This document shows, one piece after another, positions 1 to 10,699 of a stretch of 64,000 nt of DNA. Under the pieces are notes generated by a model. That model worked only from the letters and a program-made list of their open reading frames with translations. It had not been told where the DNA came from and ran no database searches. Both the position numbers and the translations under genes were made by a program. The stretch lies in the IMG/VR virus record IMGVR_UViG_3300042479_000659. The stretch is one strand, 5' to 3'. The stretch comes from an uncultured virus (IMG/VR IMGVR_UViG_3300042479_000659) (lineage: Duplodnaviria > Heunggongvirae > Uroviricota > Caudoviricetes). Position 1 is the stretch's first letter, and every line of letters begins with the position of its first letter.

Positions 1-3000
1 TGCATATGGTCGCGTTGATTTAGAAATTCAAGAAGTAACGTATATCGGCGATAGCGTTACTACATCATTTAATTACAGCAATAATTTAGTGTTTGATCTA
101 GCACACCCAGCACAGATCACTGTATTGGTTAATAACTCTATACAGCAGTACGGAGTTGACTACGATCTAAGTTCGACTTCGGTAATATTTAACACTGCTC
201 CGCTTCGAGATTTACCAATTGTGATAACACGAAATATGTTATCACAGCTGGATGCCGAAACATATTATAATGTTGAACAAGACTCAACAGACGGTTCCGG
301 TATACTTGCAACATTTACAGTTGAACGAGTTCGCGGAGACTATGAAGTTACAATTACCGGACCAGGCATATTTTACCAAATTGGAGACACACTTACCATT
401 GACGCGGCCACCATTGGCGGAGGCACATCGCCTGCAAATGATTTAGTCATTACTATAACTGCCATTGAAGGCAGCGGAGCAATCACTGGATTTACATATT
501 CTGGGTCAGGCGTTTCAAATACATCTGTATTTGATTTAAGCACAACACTGTACACCGCTACAAATCTTAATTCTTTCAGTGTTCGGGTCAACGGTGTACT
601 GCAACGTCCTTACATTGATTACACATTTGCAGGAACTACATTAACTTTTGTTACATTACCGGCTGCCGGCGCCAAGATTGAGGTTGAAACTGGGTCATAT
701 TTTGCGTATGTTGAAACTATGACTGGTCCAGCAGGTTCTGGATTTGGAACAAGTGTAGCAACAGCAACAGACGGACAGCAAATAGTAATTGGTGCGCCAA
801 CAGATGTAAACAATGCGTTGATCAATGGTAGCACATACGTGTACGATCGCAGTGTTGCAAGATATCAAGTTGGTATCGGCGAAACAGCAGTGACAACTTT
901 CGCACTGCCCGCTGGGTTCAACACTCCAGTATCTGTCACGCTCAATAATGCGTTCTTAACTGATGCCGATCAAATATTAGGCGGACAATTCACAGTGGCT
1001 GGCAGTGATGTAACACTGGAAGATACTGTAACATTGGCAGTTGGAGACATAATTGAAGTTGAAAGCAATATTTTCCAGCTAGTGCAAAAGATTACAATTA
1101 ACAAGCCATTCGATCAAGCAAGTTTTGGCAGTTCGGTTGACCTGTGCTCAAATAATTGCAGTATCTATGTTGGTGCACCAACTGATGGCACAGTGTTGCC
1201 CGGTGCTGGCAGTGTACAACGCAGTGTAAATCAATCTCGTGTGTACGGAGTAATATCATCTCTGATTCCAAATCCTGTGTTAACAGGTGGCGATACACTG
1301 CGCATTGACAACTATGAAATCGTAATTCCCAACAGCCCCAACAACACTGTAGCCGGAGTTGTTGACGCCATTAACACTGCCAACGAAGGTGTTGGCATCC
1401 CCAATGTACGAGCTTCTGCTCCGGGCGATTTATTCTTTGTTGGTGACGGGGTTGTAAAAACATACGACATTGGTGTAACTTACTCACAATACACCACTTA
1501 CAATCCGTTGGTATATGTTGACACTGTAGTGCAAATTCTCAATGTTGACTATACGTACAACAACAGCACTGGTATTATTAGTTTTATTACTGCTCCTGCC
1601 GAACAATCTAGTATACGTGTGGTGCAAGGAATATTGACATTGAATGTTATAAATTCAGCCGCTGTGTTATCAAACACACGTTTGACTGTGTTGCCCGGTG
1701 TGGTTGGCACAGCGTTTGCTGACTTTGGATTTGTAGATTATGTTTACACACAGACCATAACAAGTCCTGCACCCACCATTGATGCATATTTTGGCGATGA
1801 AGTGGTCATTGACACAACCGCAACAACTCTAGTAGTTGGTGCGCCAAGAGGCAACTTGTACCAACCAGTTACATTTGACAACAACACAACTTATTTTGAC
1901 GACCGTAGTACAGTGTTCTCAACAGTGGTTGTGCAAAGTGGTGTAACATACACATTTGATTATCTACCAAGCGCAACTGACTCTGTCACTAACCCAGGAC
2001 AATTTGTATTTGGCCAACAAATGTACGACGACAGCATTGTTGCACTGGATCAATACGGCACTGCTATCAGTTATGTAACAGGCAGATTGTTGATTGGATC
2101 ACCAGGTAGTGATTTTGGCGACAGTAGCAATGCCAACTATGGTCGTGTCAGCGTGTTTGAAAATGCCGACAGAACACCTGCATGGACAGTGAAACACATA
2201 CAACAACCAGTGGTTGATATTGCGTTGTTAAATTCCGTTTATCTGTATGACAAGTTAGAATCTACTATTACATCGTATTTGGATTTCATTGATCCATTGC
2301 AAGGAAAAATTCTTGGCGTTGCAAGAGAAAATATCGATTACATTGGTGCCGTGGATCCTGCCAATTACAACATCGGTCCTGTTCGCAACGTCGGTAATCC
2401 TTGGGGCGCCGCAAGAGTTGGAGAAATTTGGTGGGACACTAATTCAGTACGCTTCATTGATCCCAATCAAGATGATATTGTATATGCAAGTCGACGCTGG
2501 AGTCAAATATTCCCAGGCAGTAGTGTGGACATTTATCAGTGGATTGAAAGTGATGTAATCCCTGCTGGTTATACAGGACCTGGTACTCCGCTGAGTATAT
2601 TAAGTTACACAGCCCGCTCTGAACTCAACACTGATAATATTTTTGCAACTCGTTATTATTTCTGGGTGCGTAATATATCCACAGTGGCCACCACAGCAAA
2701 CAAAAAGTTAAGCATAAATGCCATTGCCAATTACATAGCAAATCCACGTGCCAGTGGAATTGCCTACCTGGCACCGCTGAATGCCAGTACTGTTGCAATT
2801 TATAATGTGATCAGTTTGATCAGTGCGCAAGATACAATCTTGCACGTTGAGTATGATCGTATCAAGAACGATGACAACGTACACCAAGAATACGAATTGA
2901 TTGCAGATGGCATTGCTGACAGTTTCTTGAGTGCCAGCCTTTATTTAAAATTACAAGATAGTCTAAGTGGCATCAACGCCATTGGTTCACAGGTGCCTGA

Positions 3001-6000
3001 TCCCAGTCTAAGTCCTGCAGAACGTTACGGTGTTGAGTTTAGACCTCGACAAAGCATGTTTGTTGATCGATTTGCAGCATTGAAAAATTATTTTGGATAT
3101 GCCAATCGAATACTGGCAAATTATCCAATATCTGAAACAAAAAGTTTCACACTGCTGAACAGCAAAGACCCTGAGCCAACTACAATTCAGGTCTACTATG
3201 CTGGAACATTCAACACAGGTAACACCTATACAATTTCCTATGTGGGCACCACTGATTTTACTGCAATCGGTGCAGCCAGTAACACAATTGGGGTTTCGTT
3301 TGTGGCCACCGGCTTGGGCGAAGGGTCAGGAACTGCTACATTTGTCAATTGGAACTTGCGTGTTGCTGACTTGACAGAATTGGGTTATCAAAACTTATCA
3401 ATTGTTCCTATTGGTTACCGATACTTGGTAACCGCAGACTCCAGTAACTTTGGTTTCTGGACCATATATGATGTTACTGCTGGACCGCTAGTTGGATCTA
3501 AAGAACTCAGACTTGTTCGTGTGCAAAACTATGATACCAGCCGCTATTGGAGTTATATCGACTGGTATACGCCTGGTTACAACAGCACACTAAATCCTGT
3601 TGCAACTGTTAAAAATTATGCAGAACTCGCCGAGATAACATTCAACACTGCTCCAGTTGGTGCAAGTGTCAAGGTAACAAATGCGCCTGCGGGTAAATTT
3701 GAAATTTATCAGCGTACACTAACAAGTTGGGACCGTGTGGGACTTGAAGACGGAACCATTGAGCTCAGCGCAGAATTATGGAACTACGCACTTGGCAACT
3801 TTGGATTTGACGTTGAAGTGTTTGATGCACAGTACTTTGACCAAGAACCAGTGATTGAAACACGCAAGATTGTTCAGGCAATTAATCAACAACTGTTCAT
3901 TGACGAATTAGCAATCAATCGCAACCGTTCATTGATATTGATGTTTGAGTTTATCATGAGTGAGTTTTCTGCTCCTGCCTGGTTATTGAAAACCAGCCTA
4001 ATTGATGTTAACCACCGAATTCGTTCGCTGATTCCTTATCAAGCATACCGTCAAGACAATCAAGACTTTGTGTTAAATTACATTCAAGAAGTCAAGCCGT
4101 ATCACACACAAATTCGTGAGTTCAACTTGCAGTACACTGGTGACGATGCGTACCCAGGCGCAGTCACTGACTTTGACAATCCTGCGTTCTTTGATGAGAC
4201 CTTAACTGTACCTCAATTCATTGCACCGGTACTGTTGCCATACACACAGTCAACAGCAAATAGCCCAACCAATCCTGATGCAGATACTGCATCAAACGCT
4301 GAGATATGGACAGAAACTCCTTGGACAAACTGGTATAACAACTACACGTTAACAGTTCAATCAGTTGTTATCACCAACACTGGTTCAGGGTATACTGTTG
4401 CGCCAACAATTACAATCACTGGCGATGCCACTACGCCTGCAGAAATGACTGCTGTTGTCAACAGTGCAGGACAAGTAGTAAGCATTGACATTGTGAATTA
4501 TGGTAGCGGATATATTACCACTCCAATCATAACTTTTGTAGGCGGCAACGGATCAGGTGCCGCAGCCTCAGTTGTCATGGGCAACGACCTGGTTCGTCAG
4601 ATAAAAACCACAATGAAATATGATAGATATCAGTACGTGTCTACCATTCAAGAATGGCAACCAAATGTAAATTATGATGATGGCACACAGGTTAGATATG
4701 TTGACCGTGTGTGGCAAGCAAACAGCCCAGACAGTACAGGTGTACAAACTGCTACATTTGATCCTCTAGACTGGATACTGGTAAATGCTGGCACATTGTC
4801 CGGTGTTGACCGTACCATGGGCTTTTACACTCCCACTGTCAATCAACCCGGATTGAGTTTGCCATTGTTGATTGATGGTGTTGAGTATCCAGGCGTACAG
4901 GTGTTTGGTGTTGGTTACGACCAATATCCTGGATTTGACGTGGCACCTTATGATTCAACTCCGTTTGACAACTTGACATATGGTCCAGAAGGTCGTCCAA
5001 CATTTGATCAGACCATACTGGATACTATTTTTGAAAGTCCTTACACTGACCCTTACTTGGGAACACGACCTACCAGTATCAACATTGAAGGTGGTGAATA
5101 CATTGATGTGTTCAGCAGTTATGCGCCAGAAGAACTGGTGCCTGGCAGTGAATTTGATACTCTTGATATTCGTGTTTACACCACACCCGGGGCTGATTGG
5201 GCACGTGATGGGCACGGCTTCCGCACAGAAGTGCGCAAGTTTACTGTTACGTCTGTTGGAGAAACCTACAGTTTTGCTGGCGTTGCTCCGTTCCCGGCCA
5301 CAATGTTAGTTGTAAATCAAACAACAGGACTTGACTTGCTCATTGATGTGGATTACACAGCAAACTGGGCAGAACAAACTATCACGCTGGAATCCAACGT
5401 GGTTGTTGGCAGCGAAATAGTAATCACACTGTATGAAATTGGTGGTGGCAATCAACTGTTCAAACAGTCATTCAATGGCGCAGAAATTGGCAGCTCAGTG
5501 GTTGTACCAATAAAATACTCGTTGATTACCCAATTTGTAATTTTTGCCAATGGCGCACTGACTACAGACTATACATTTGTGCCTTACAGTACTACCAGCA
5601 CCGAAGTAGTGTTTGCCACACCGTACACCATCAACGATTACTTGATGATCAGTGCCATTGGACCAACAACAATTGAAGACACCGAAATTGACTACAGTTG
5701 GTCTGTACCAGTTACGCAGTATATTACAGGTGTGTCAGGTGTGTTAGAGTACGACTTGACCAACAGCATGGAGTACACTAACCCAGACAATTTAGTTGTT
5801 ACTTTTAATGGAATCCGTGCTAGAACGTCTGCAGGCATTGAATACCTGGCAGATGGCACAACAGATTATCTGTTACCAACACGACTGGGTTTTTCACAAT
5901 CACTTATTGCAGACAACGAAGTTCGCGTGTATGTAAATAATATTCCGCAAGTGTTGGGCGTAGACTTCACAGTTGAGCCTTATGATCCTGTCACTCCACG

Positions 6001-7207
6001 TGCAGTGATGTTTACTACACCATTGACATTGGGTGAAAAGATTTTAATTTGTGTCACAACAAACACACAAGTGTCAGTTGTTGGCACCCAATTATTATTC
6101 AATACATATACTGGAATGATACCATCCAATGGAGATATCATTGCAGTAACAAGTTGGAATGATACTCGTCAACAAGACATACTAACACAAGTTTATGTTG
6201 GTCCAGTAACAGGATCTGCATTATTTGCGGAGCCCTACGACACTACTGATTATGATATTGGACTTGTAACTGACGCAGCCGGATCTTATGACTATTCAGC
6301 AGTGCAAAGTGTCACACGCAATGATTTATATCTGAATAGAACAATTCTCAATCCTGATCGCCTGTGGGTGACACTGAATGGTCTTCAGATATTTGTTAAC
6401 GATGGATTTACCATTGTCAACAACACAATAGTATTGGCCAATGGCTATGTTATGTCCGCCACAGACGTTGTGATGATCACTGAGTTTACCAACAGCGTTG
6501 CGCCCGAAGCTATGGCATTCCGTATATTCCAAGACATGCGTGGGGTCCAGGCCACGTACCGTATCACACCTGCTACAACAACGTATCTGGTCCAACCACT
6601 CAGCACCACCGACGACGTCATATATGTACACAATGCGGCTGCACTGAATCAACCAAATTTGGCAGCAAATATATGGGGATTACTGACTATCAATGGTGAA
6701 CGTATCATGTACCGTAACCGTGACACTGCGGCTAACACAGTAAGTGGACTCCGTAGAGGCACAGCCGGTACAGGCGTTGCTAGTCATGCAGTTGACACAG
6801 ATGTGTATAATATCAGTCGCGGTAACTTGTTGCCACCTCAGTTCCAAGATTACCTTGTAAGTAATCTTGACAACGACATTGTGTTGTATCCAATACTGGG
6901 CAACGGAACAAATACTGTATTTGTGGCTGAGCATGTAGATGTGTCTAATTTGGATGACAGTACCACCATAGAAGAAGCAGTGGAAGTTTACGTGGGCGGT
7001 ATACGACAATACGGCGGATATGCTGTGATAGATCCAGGCCCAATGTGTACTGTAGAGTTTGATACGGCGCCACCAGAAGGTGTACAGGTTACTATTTTGG
7101 TACGCAGAGGCGTAACTTGGTATGCACCTGGAATCAATACACCAAGTAATGGCGTGGCATTGCAAGATACTGAAACACAGGCTGCAAGGTTTTTACGTGG
7201 TGAATAA
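1..7207 (+). CDS. Very large virion structural protein (baseplate/tail-associated), 5'-truncated by window edge; FG-GAP-like propeller repeats and Ig-like repeats
   Basis: Frame is open from nt 2 (AYGRVDLEIQ...), so the true start is upstream of the window. Thr/Val/Gly-rich; repeats FGTSVA..IVIGAP, FGSSVD..IYVGAP, FGDEVV..LVVGAP; structural context. Confidence 0.7.
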   Translation, partial: AYGRVDLEIQEVTYIGDSVTTSFNYSNNLVFDLAHPAQITVLVNNSIQQYGVDYDLSSTSVIFNTAPLRDLPIVITRNMLSQLDAETYYNVEQDSTDGSGILATFTVERVRGDYEVTITGPGIFYQIGDTLTIDAATIGGGTSPANDLVITITAIEGSGAITGFTYSGSGVSNTSVFDLSTTLYTATNLNSFSVRVNGVLQRPYIDYTFAGTTLTFVTLPAAGAKIEVETGSYFAYVETMTGPAGSGFGTSVATATDGQQIVIGAPTDVNNALINGSTYVYDRSVARYQVGIGETAVTTFALPAGFNTPVSVTLNNAFLTDADQILGGQFTVAGSDVTLEDTVTLAVGDIIEVESNIFQLVQKITINKPFDQASFGSSVDLCSNNCSIYVGAPTDGTVLPGAGSVQRSVNQSRVYGVISSLIPNPVLTGGDTLRIDNYEIVIPNSPNNTVAGVVDAINTANEGVGIPNVRASAPGDLFFVGDGVVKTYDIGVTYSQYTTYNPLVYVDTVVQILNVDYTYNNSTGIISFITAPAEQSSIRVVQGILTLNVINSAAVLSNTRLTVLPGVVGTAFADFGFVDYVYTQTITSPAPTIDAYFGDEVVIDTTATTLVVGAPRGNLYQPVTFDNNTTYFDDRSTVFSTVVVQSGVTYTFDYLPSATDSVTNPGQFVFGQQMYDDSIVALDQYGTAISYVTGRLLIGSPGSDFGDSSNANYGRVSVFENADRTPAWTVKHIQQPVVDIALLNSVYLYDKLESTITSYLDFIDPLQGKILGVARENIDYIGAVDPANYNIGPVRNVGNPWGAARVGEIWWDTNSVRFIDPNQDDIVYASRRWSQIFPGSSVDIYQWIESDVIPAGYTGPGTPLSILSYTARSELNTDNIFATRYYFWVRNISTVATTANKKLSINAIANYIANPRASGIAYLAPLNASTVAIYNVISLISAQDTILHVEYDRIKNDDNVHQEYELIADGIADSFLSASLYLKLQDSLSGINAIGSQVPDPSLSPAERYGVEFRPRQSMFVDRFAALKNYFGYANRILANYPISETKSFTLLNSKDPEPTTIQVYYAGTFNTGNTYTISYVGTTDFTAIGAASNTIGVSFVATGLGEGSGTATFVNWNLRVADLTELGYQNLSIVPIGYRYLVTADSSNFGFWTIYDVTAGPLVGSKELRLVRVQNYDTSRYWSYIDWYTPGYNSTLNPVATVKNYAELAEITFNTAPVGASVKVTNAPAGKFEIYQRTLTSWDRVGLEDGTIELSAELWNYALGNFGFDVEVFDAQYFDQEPVIETRKIVQAINQQLFIDELAINRNRSLILMFEFIMSEFSAPAWLLKTSLIDVNHRIRSLIPYQAYRQDNQDFVLNYIQEVKPYHTQIREFNLQYTGDDAYPGAVTDFDNPAFFDETLTVPQFIAPVLLPYTQSTANSPTNPDADTASNAEIWTETPWTNWYNNYTLTVQSVVITNTGSGYTVAPTITITGDATTPAEMTAVVNSAGQVVSIDIVNYGSGYITTPIITFVGGNGSGAAASVVMGNDLVRQIKTTMKYDRYQYVSTIQEWQPNVNYDDGTQVRYVDRVWQANSPDSTGVQTATFDPLDWILVNAGTLSGVDRTMGFYTPTVNQPGLSLPLLIDGVEYPGVQVFGVGYDQYPGFDVAPYDSTPFDNLTYGPEGRPTFDQTILDTIFESPYTDPYLGTRPTSINIEGGEYIDVFSSYAPEELVPGSEFDTLDIRVYTTPGADWARDGHGFRTEVRKFTVTSVGETYSFAGVAPFPATMLVVNQTTGLDLLIDVDYTANWAEQTITLESNVVVGSEIVITLYEIGGGNQLFKQSFNGAEIGSSVVVPIKYSLITQFVIFANGALTTDYTFVPYSTTSTEVVFATPYTINDYLMISAIGPTTIEDTEIDYSWSVPVTQYITGVSGVLEYDLTNSMEYTNPDNLVVTFNGIRARTSAGIEYLADGTTDYLLPTRLGFSQSLIADNEVRVYVNNIPQVLGVDFTVEPYDPVTPRAVMFTTPLTLGEKILICVTTNTQVSVVGTQLLFNTYTGMIPSNGDIIAVTSWNDTRQQDILTQVYVGPVTGSALFAEPYDTTDYDIGLVTDAAGSYDYSAVQSVTRNDLYLNRTILNPDRLWVTLNGLQIFVNDGFTIVNNTIVLANGYVMSATDVVMITEFTNSVAPEAMAFRIFQDMRGVQATYRITPATTTYLVQPLSTTDDVIYVHNAAALNQPNLAANIWGLLTINGERIMYRNRDTAANTVSGLRRGTAGTGVASHAVDTDVYNISRGNLLPPQFQDYLVSNLDNDIVLYPILGNGTNTVFVAEHVDVSNLDDSTTIEEAVEVYVGGIRQYGGYAVIDPGPMCTVEFDTAPPEGVQVTILVRRGVTWYAPGINTPSNGVALQDTETQAARFLRGE

Positions 7208-7223
7208 TCAAGGTAAATAAAGT

Positions 7224-7361
7224 ATGAATCAAAGTACACAACCTCAACAGCCAGTGGCACCGGCTAAGAAACCCAATGAAACAGGATCGATTTCTGTTGA
7301 AGGGCATATTCGTATTTTTGACCCAAAAACCAAGGAAGTCATAGTGGAGAAGCGAGCATGA
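7224..7361 (+). CDS. 45-aa protein similar to the N-terminus of the next gene
   Basis: MNQSTQPQQ...SVEGHIRIFDPKTKEVIVEKRA*; preceded by TAAATA (7214-7219); ATGA overlap with next ORF; missing from the ORF track. Confidence 0.7.
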   Translation: MNQSTQPQQPVAPAKKPNETGSISVEGHIRIFDPKTKEVIVEKRA

Positions 7362-7978
7362 TAATTCAGCCCGGCCTGGCCAAAATTGAAGGATTTGTAA
7401 AAATCCATGACCCTGTTACCGGCAAAGTATTGGTAGACAAAAAGAACGCAATTCATTACGAAAATATATCCTATGCCATGGCTCAAACGCTGAGCAATCG
7501 CACCAGTGCTCAAGGCGGCGGCTGGATATATTCCATGGCGTTTGGCAACGGTGGATCCAGTGTAGACCCCACAGGTATTATCACCTATTTGCCCCCTAAC
7601 ACAACAGGGCAAAATGCCACATTGTATAATGAAACTTATGCCAAAGTGGTAGATGATAATTCTGCAGCCAACACTGACAGTGCCAATAACAAAATGACAG
7701 TGTTGCACACATCTGGTAAAGTTTACACAGATATTTTAGTAACATGCCTGTTGGACTACGGCGAACCACCCGGTCAACAAGCATTTGATAACAGTACAAA
7801 CTTCAACGGTGAGTACGTGTTTGACGAACTAGGACTTAAAACATGGAACGGAGCGGCAGATAATTTGCGTCTTATCACCCATGTAATATTTCATCCTGTG
7901 CAAAAGAGTTTGAACAGACAGATACAAATTGATTATACAATTCGGATCCAGACGCTGACAAACCTTAGTGCGGCATAA
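7358..7978 (+). CDS. Putative virion structural protein (tail/baseplate)
   Basis: 206 aa ORF in structural module; ELGL...ITH..F.PVQKS...IDYTI C-terminus resembles tail-fibre-base proteins. Confidence 0.55.
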   Translation: MIIQPGLAKIEGFVKIHDPVTGKVLVDKKNAIHYENISYAMAQTLSNRTSAQGGGWIYSMAFGNGGSSVDPTGIITYLPPNTTGQNATLYNETYAKVVDDNSAANTDSANNKMTVLHTSGKVYTDILVTCLLDYGEPPGQQAFDNSTNFNGEYVFDELGLKTWNGAADNLRLITHVIFHPVQKSLNRQIQIDYTIRIQTLTNLSAA

Positions 7979-7998
7979 ATATAGATATATAATTGCAT

Positions 7999-8006
7999 TA
8001 TAAATA
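7999..8006 (+). promoter_or_regulatory. T4-like late promoter TATAAATA
   Basis: Exact TATAAATA upstream of GGAG RBS and ATG 8029; CATAAATA also at 7974-7981. Confidence 0.65.
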
Positions 8007-8028
8007 CAATTAACGGAGTAAGATACAA

Positions 8029-9312
8029 ATGGCATATACAATCAATCTAACTGACGGTACCTTATTTGCTACTATTGCAGATGGTACCATTAACACTTCT
8101 AGTAACATGGTACTAGTTGGTAAAAATTACGCAGGTTACGGTGAATTTTTAGACGAGAACTTTATCCACTTGTTGGAAAATGCGTCTAACACAACTGCCC
8201 CAACTGCGCCGTTGACTGGTCAACTTTGGTGGGACAAAGCCAATGGATTGATGAAAGTATACAATGGTTCTGCGTTCAAAGTTGTTTCGGCCGCAACTGC
8301 ATCATCCACTGCACCAACTGGCAACGTACAAGGTGATCTGTGGTACGACACAGTAAATGCACAGTTAAAAGTATGGACAGGCACAGCCTGGTTGTTGGTT
8401 GGTCCGCAGTTTACAGCAGGCACAGGCACAACAGGTGCTATTGTTGGCACAATCACTGACAATACTTCTGTTAGTCACGTGGTAATTGAATTGTATGTGA
8501 ACAACAGCATTGTGGGAATTGTCAGTAAAGATGCCGCATTTACTCCACAAGTACCTCTTACAGGATTTACAACAGTACGCCCAGGTATTACATTAAGCAC
8601 ACTGGTAGGAGCGCAGGTTCCGTTGTTTCAGGGCACAGCAACAGATTCACAATTGCTCGACGGTATTGACTCAACTGGTTTCTTGCTAAGAAATCAAAAT
8701 CAAACCACAACAGGTACGTTTGGTGTGTTAAACAACACTGGACTCACAGTTGGTGTAAACCAAGATTTCCGTATTGGTGTCACTGGAACAGCGGCAACAA
8801 TTTATAATCAAACTACCAATGGTAACATTGCATTTAATGTCAACATTGCAGGTACACCAACACAGGTAATGTTGATCAATGGTGCAACTGGTATTGTGTC
8901 AGGTGCAAACGGCATCTATGCCAACTACGCCGACGTTGCTGAACGCTTTGCTGCCGATGAAGTGTTGACAGCAGGAACAGTGGTTGAACTGGGCGGCACC
9001 AACGAAATTACCAGAGTTACTGACGAATTAAGCGAAAGTGTGTTCGGAGTCATAAGTACACGAGCAGCCTATTTAATGAATGCCGTTGCTGGAACTGACG
9101 AAACTCACCCCCCTGTTGCGATGACAGGTCGCGTTCCGGTTAACACCATCGGTGTTGTACGCAAAGGAGATAGGCTAGTGTCTGCAGGCAATGGACTTGC
9201 TCGAGCTGCCCGACCAGGCGAAGCCACAGCGTTTAATGTTATCGGCAGATCCTTAGACAACAAAGCATCCACTGAGCAAGGCACAGTAGAAGCAATTGTT
9301 AAGATTAATTAA
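8029..9312 (+). CDS. Tail fibre/baseplate protein with C-terminal autocleavage/chaperone-like domain
   Basis: GQLWWD/GDLWYD repeats; C-terminal YADVAERF...GVIST...VAMTGRVPV...GDRLVS pattern typical of peptidase-G2-like fibre chaperone domains. Confidence 0.65.
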   Translation: MAYTINLTDGTLFATIADGTINTSSNMVLVGKNYAGYGEFLDENFIHLLENASNTTAPTAPLTGQLWWDKANGLMKVYNGSAFKVVSAATASSTAPTGNVQGDLWYDTVNAQLKVWTGTAWLLVGPQFTAGTGTTGAIVGTITDNTSVSHVVIELYVNNSIVGIVSKDAAFTPQVPLTGFTTVRPGITLSTLVGAQVPLFQGTATDSQLLDGIDSTGFLLRNQNQTTTGTFGVLNNTGLTVGVNQDFRIGVTGTAATIYNQTTNGNIAFNVNIAGTPTQVMLINGATGIVSGANGIYANYADVAERFAADEVLTAGTVVELGGTNEITRVTDELSESVFGVISTRAAYLMNAVAGTDETHPPVAMTGRVPVNTIGVVRKGDRLVSAGNGLARAARPGEATAFNVIGRSLDNKASTEQGTVEAIVKIN

Positions 9313-9323
9313 TAGGATAAAAA

Positions 9324-10319
9324 ATGACATATACCGCAGGAAGTCTAATAGTAGCCACAGACTACAACGGATTCGTTAGCACCAACGGAGCAAACGTAAA
9401 CGGAATCTGGTCCACTGGCGCTGCCACAGCTGGATACGGCGAAACAGCACTGAGCACAGTGAGCACTGGAGCCACTATTTCGGCTACTGAGTGGTCCACC
9501 TTGAATAGTAAAGTTTCAGCAATGGCCAGCCATCAAGGCACTACCATCACCAGCAGAACAAACCCTGTTGTTGGTGACACCATTGCAATTTTAGCCAACA
9601 TGAACACTGACATCACAAACATTACTTCTGCACGTGGTAATGCCGCTGCCAGTGGCGCACAAACAACTACATTCTCTGGTACTACCAGCAAAACATCTAA
9701 CACAGGTTCTGGATCTACTGCTTGGACAATTACTTTTACTCACACTATAACCTGGGCCAGTGCCAATGCTGCTCGTTATTTCTTCAACGCTGGCGGCCGT
9801 ATCAAGTGGGAAACAAGCAAGACTTCAACAGGCCAACTGGCTGATGCTGAATGGAATGACTTAGCAACCACACTGGTTGGGGATCTATTCATTACTGCCG
9901 GCGGCGTACTAAGCCCACAAACAATTGTTGGCACCTCATACACCGGCACAACTAAATCAGGTGGAACTGGTACACCTAACACTTTGGCTACCACAACTGG
10001 ATGGTATGACTTATCAACAAGTGATACACAATTGTATCGCCAATATGCTGACACTGCTCCGTATGCAGGACAGTACATTTCCTTGAATGCCAAAACAGCA
10101 GGCACAGGAACACAATTGGTATTAACCACAACCTGGGTTGATCCAGGTGGTTCTGGTGTAGGTTCCAGTGACGTTATCACTGGTGGAACTGCAACTACAT
10201 CACCATTCTCAGCATTTGGCACAGCACCTGCCACAGTGGTCACACTGTTTGTTCCAAGTTCAACTTACCTAACCAGCGCCGCCTGGGGCACACCAACTAT
10301 TGCAGCCGCAGTTGCTTGA
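9324..10319 (+). CDS. Thr/Ser/Gly-rich virion structural protein
   Basis: 331 aa, very T/S/G-rich, ARYFFNAGG motif, AGGA RBS, followed by terminator. Confidence 0.6.
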   Translation: MTYTAGSLIVATDYNGFVSTNGANVNGIWSTGAATAGYGETALSTVSTGATISATEWSTLNSKVSAMASHQGTTITSRTNPVVGDTIAILANMNTDITNITSARGNAAASGAQTTTFSGTTSKTSNTGSGSTAWTITFTHTITWASANAARYFFNAGGRIKWETSKTSTGQLADAEWNDLATTLVGDLFITAGGVLSPQTIVGTSYTGTTKSGGTGTPNTLATTTGWYDLSTSDTQLYRQYADTAPYAGQYISLNAKTAGTGTQLVLTTTWVDPGGSGVGSSDVITGGTATTSPFSAFGTAPATVVTLFVPSSTYLTSAAWGTPTIAAAVA

Positions 10320-10339
10320 TTGAACTGTAGCGTTTTACC

Positions 10340-10366
10340 AAAAGGGCCTACGGGCCCTTTACTTTT
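10340..10366 (+). terminator. Intrinsic (probably bidirectional) terminator ending structural operon
   Basis: AAAGGGCC-TACG-GGCCCTTT perfect hairpin followed by ACTTTT. Confidence 0.8.
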
Positions 10367-10386
10367 ATCTACACTTCCTGTATAAT
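10358..10386 (+). promoter_or_regulatory. sigma70-type promoter for the modification cluster
   Basis: TTTACT-N17-TATAAT; ATG 10394 follows after 7 nt. Confidence 0.6.
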
Positions 10387-10393
10387 AAACAAT

Positions 10394-10699
10394 ATGAATA
10401 CTGAACAACTAATTGCACACGGCCGGGCTCGGTTTGATCATGCGGCAGCTCGACGGATACTTAAAGAAAAATATCAGGCCAAACTGGTGTTTGCTTACAA
10501 CGGAGGCATGTGGTGTGCCGGTCCTGAACTATTAAACATCTTGGCCACTGTGCCTCCAGGTAATGCAGTGCTGTTAGACTTGTATGAAACCCCTGTGAAA
10601 GTTCGACCTGAAGAGCTGCGCGGCCTGGCCATGACACGCTGGCAAGAGCAAATGAATGCTTGGTTGATCGAATACGAAGAACTTAACAAACAACGATGA
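10394..10699 (+). CDS. Hypothetical protein
   Basis: 101 aa ORF, ATGA overlap with next gene. Confidence 0.7.
   Translation: MNTEQLIAHGRARFDHAAARRILKEKYQAKLVFAYNGGMWCAGPELLNILATVPPGNAVLLDLYETPVKVRPEELRGLAMTRWQEQMNAWLIEYEELNKQR

Noticed and set aside
89..91. Start codon of the 2372-aa ORF
   Set aside because: The frame is open back to nt 2; the gene begins upstream of the window.
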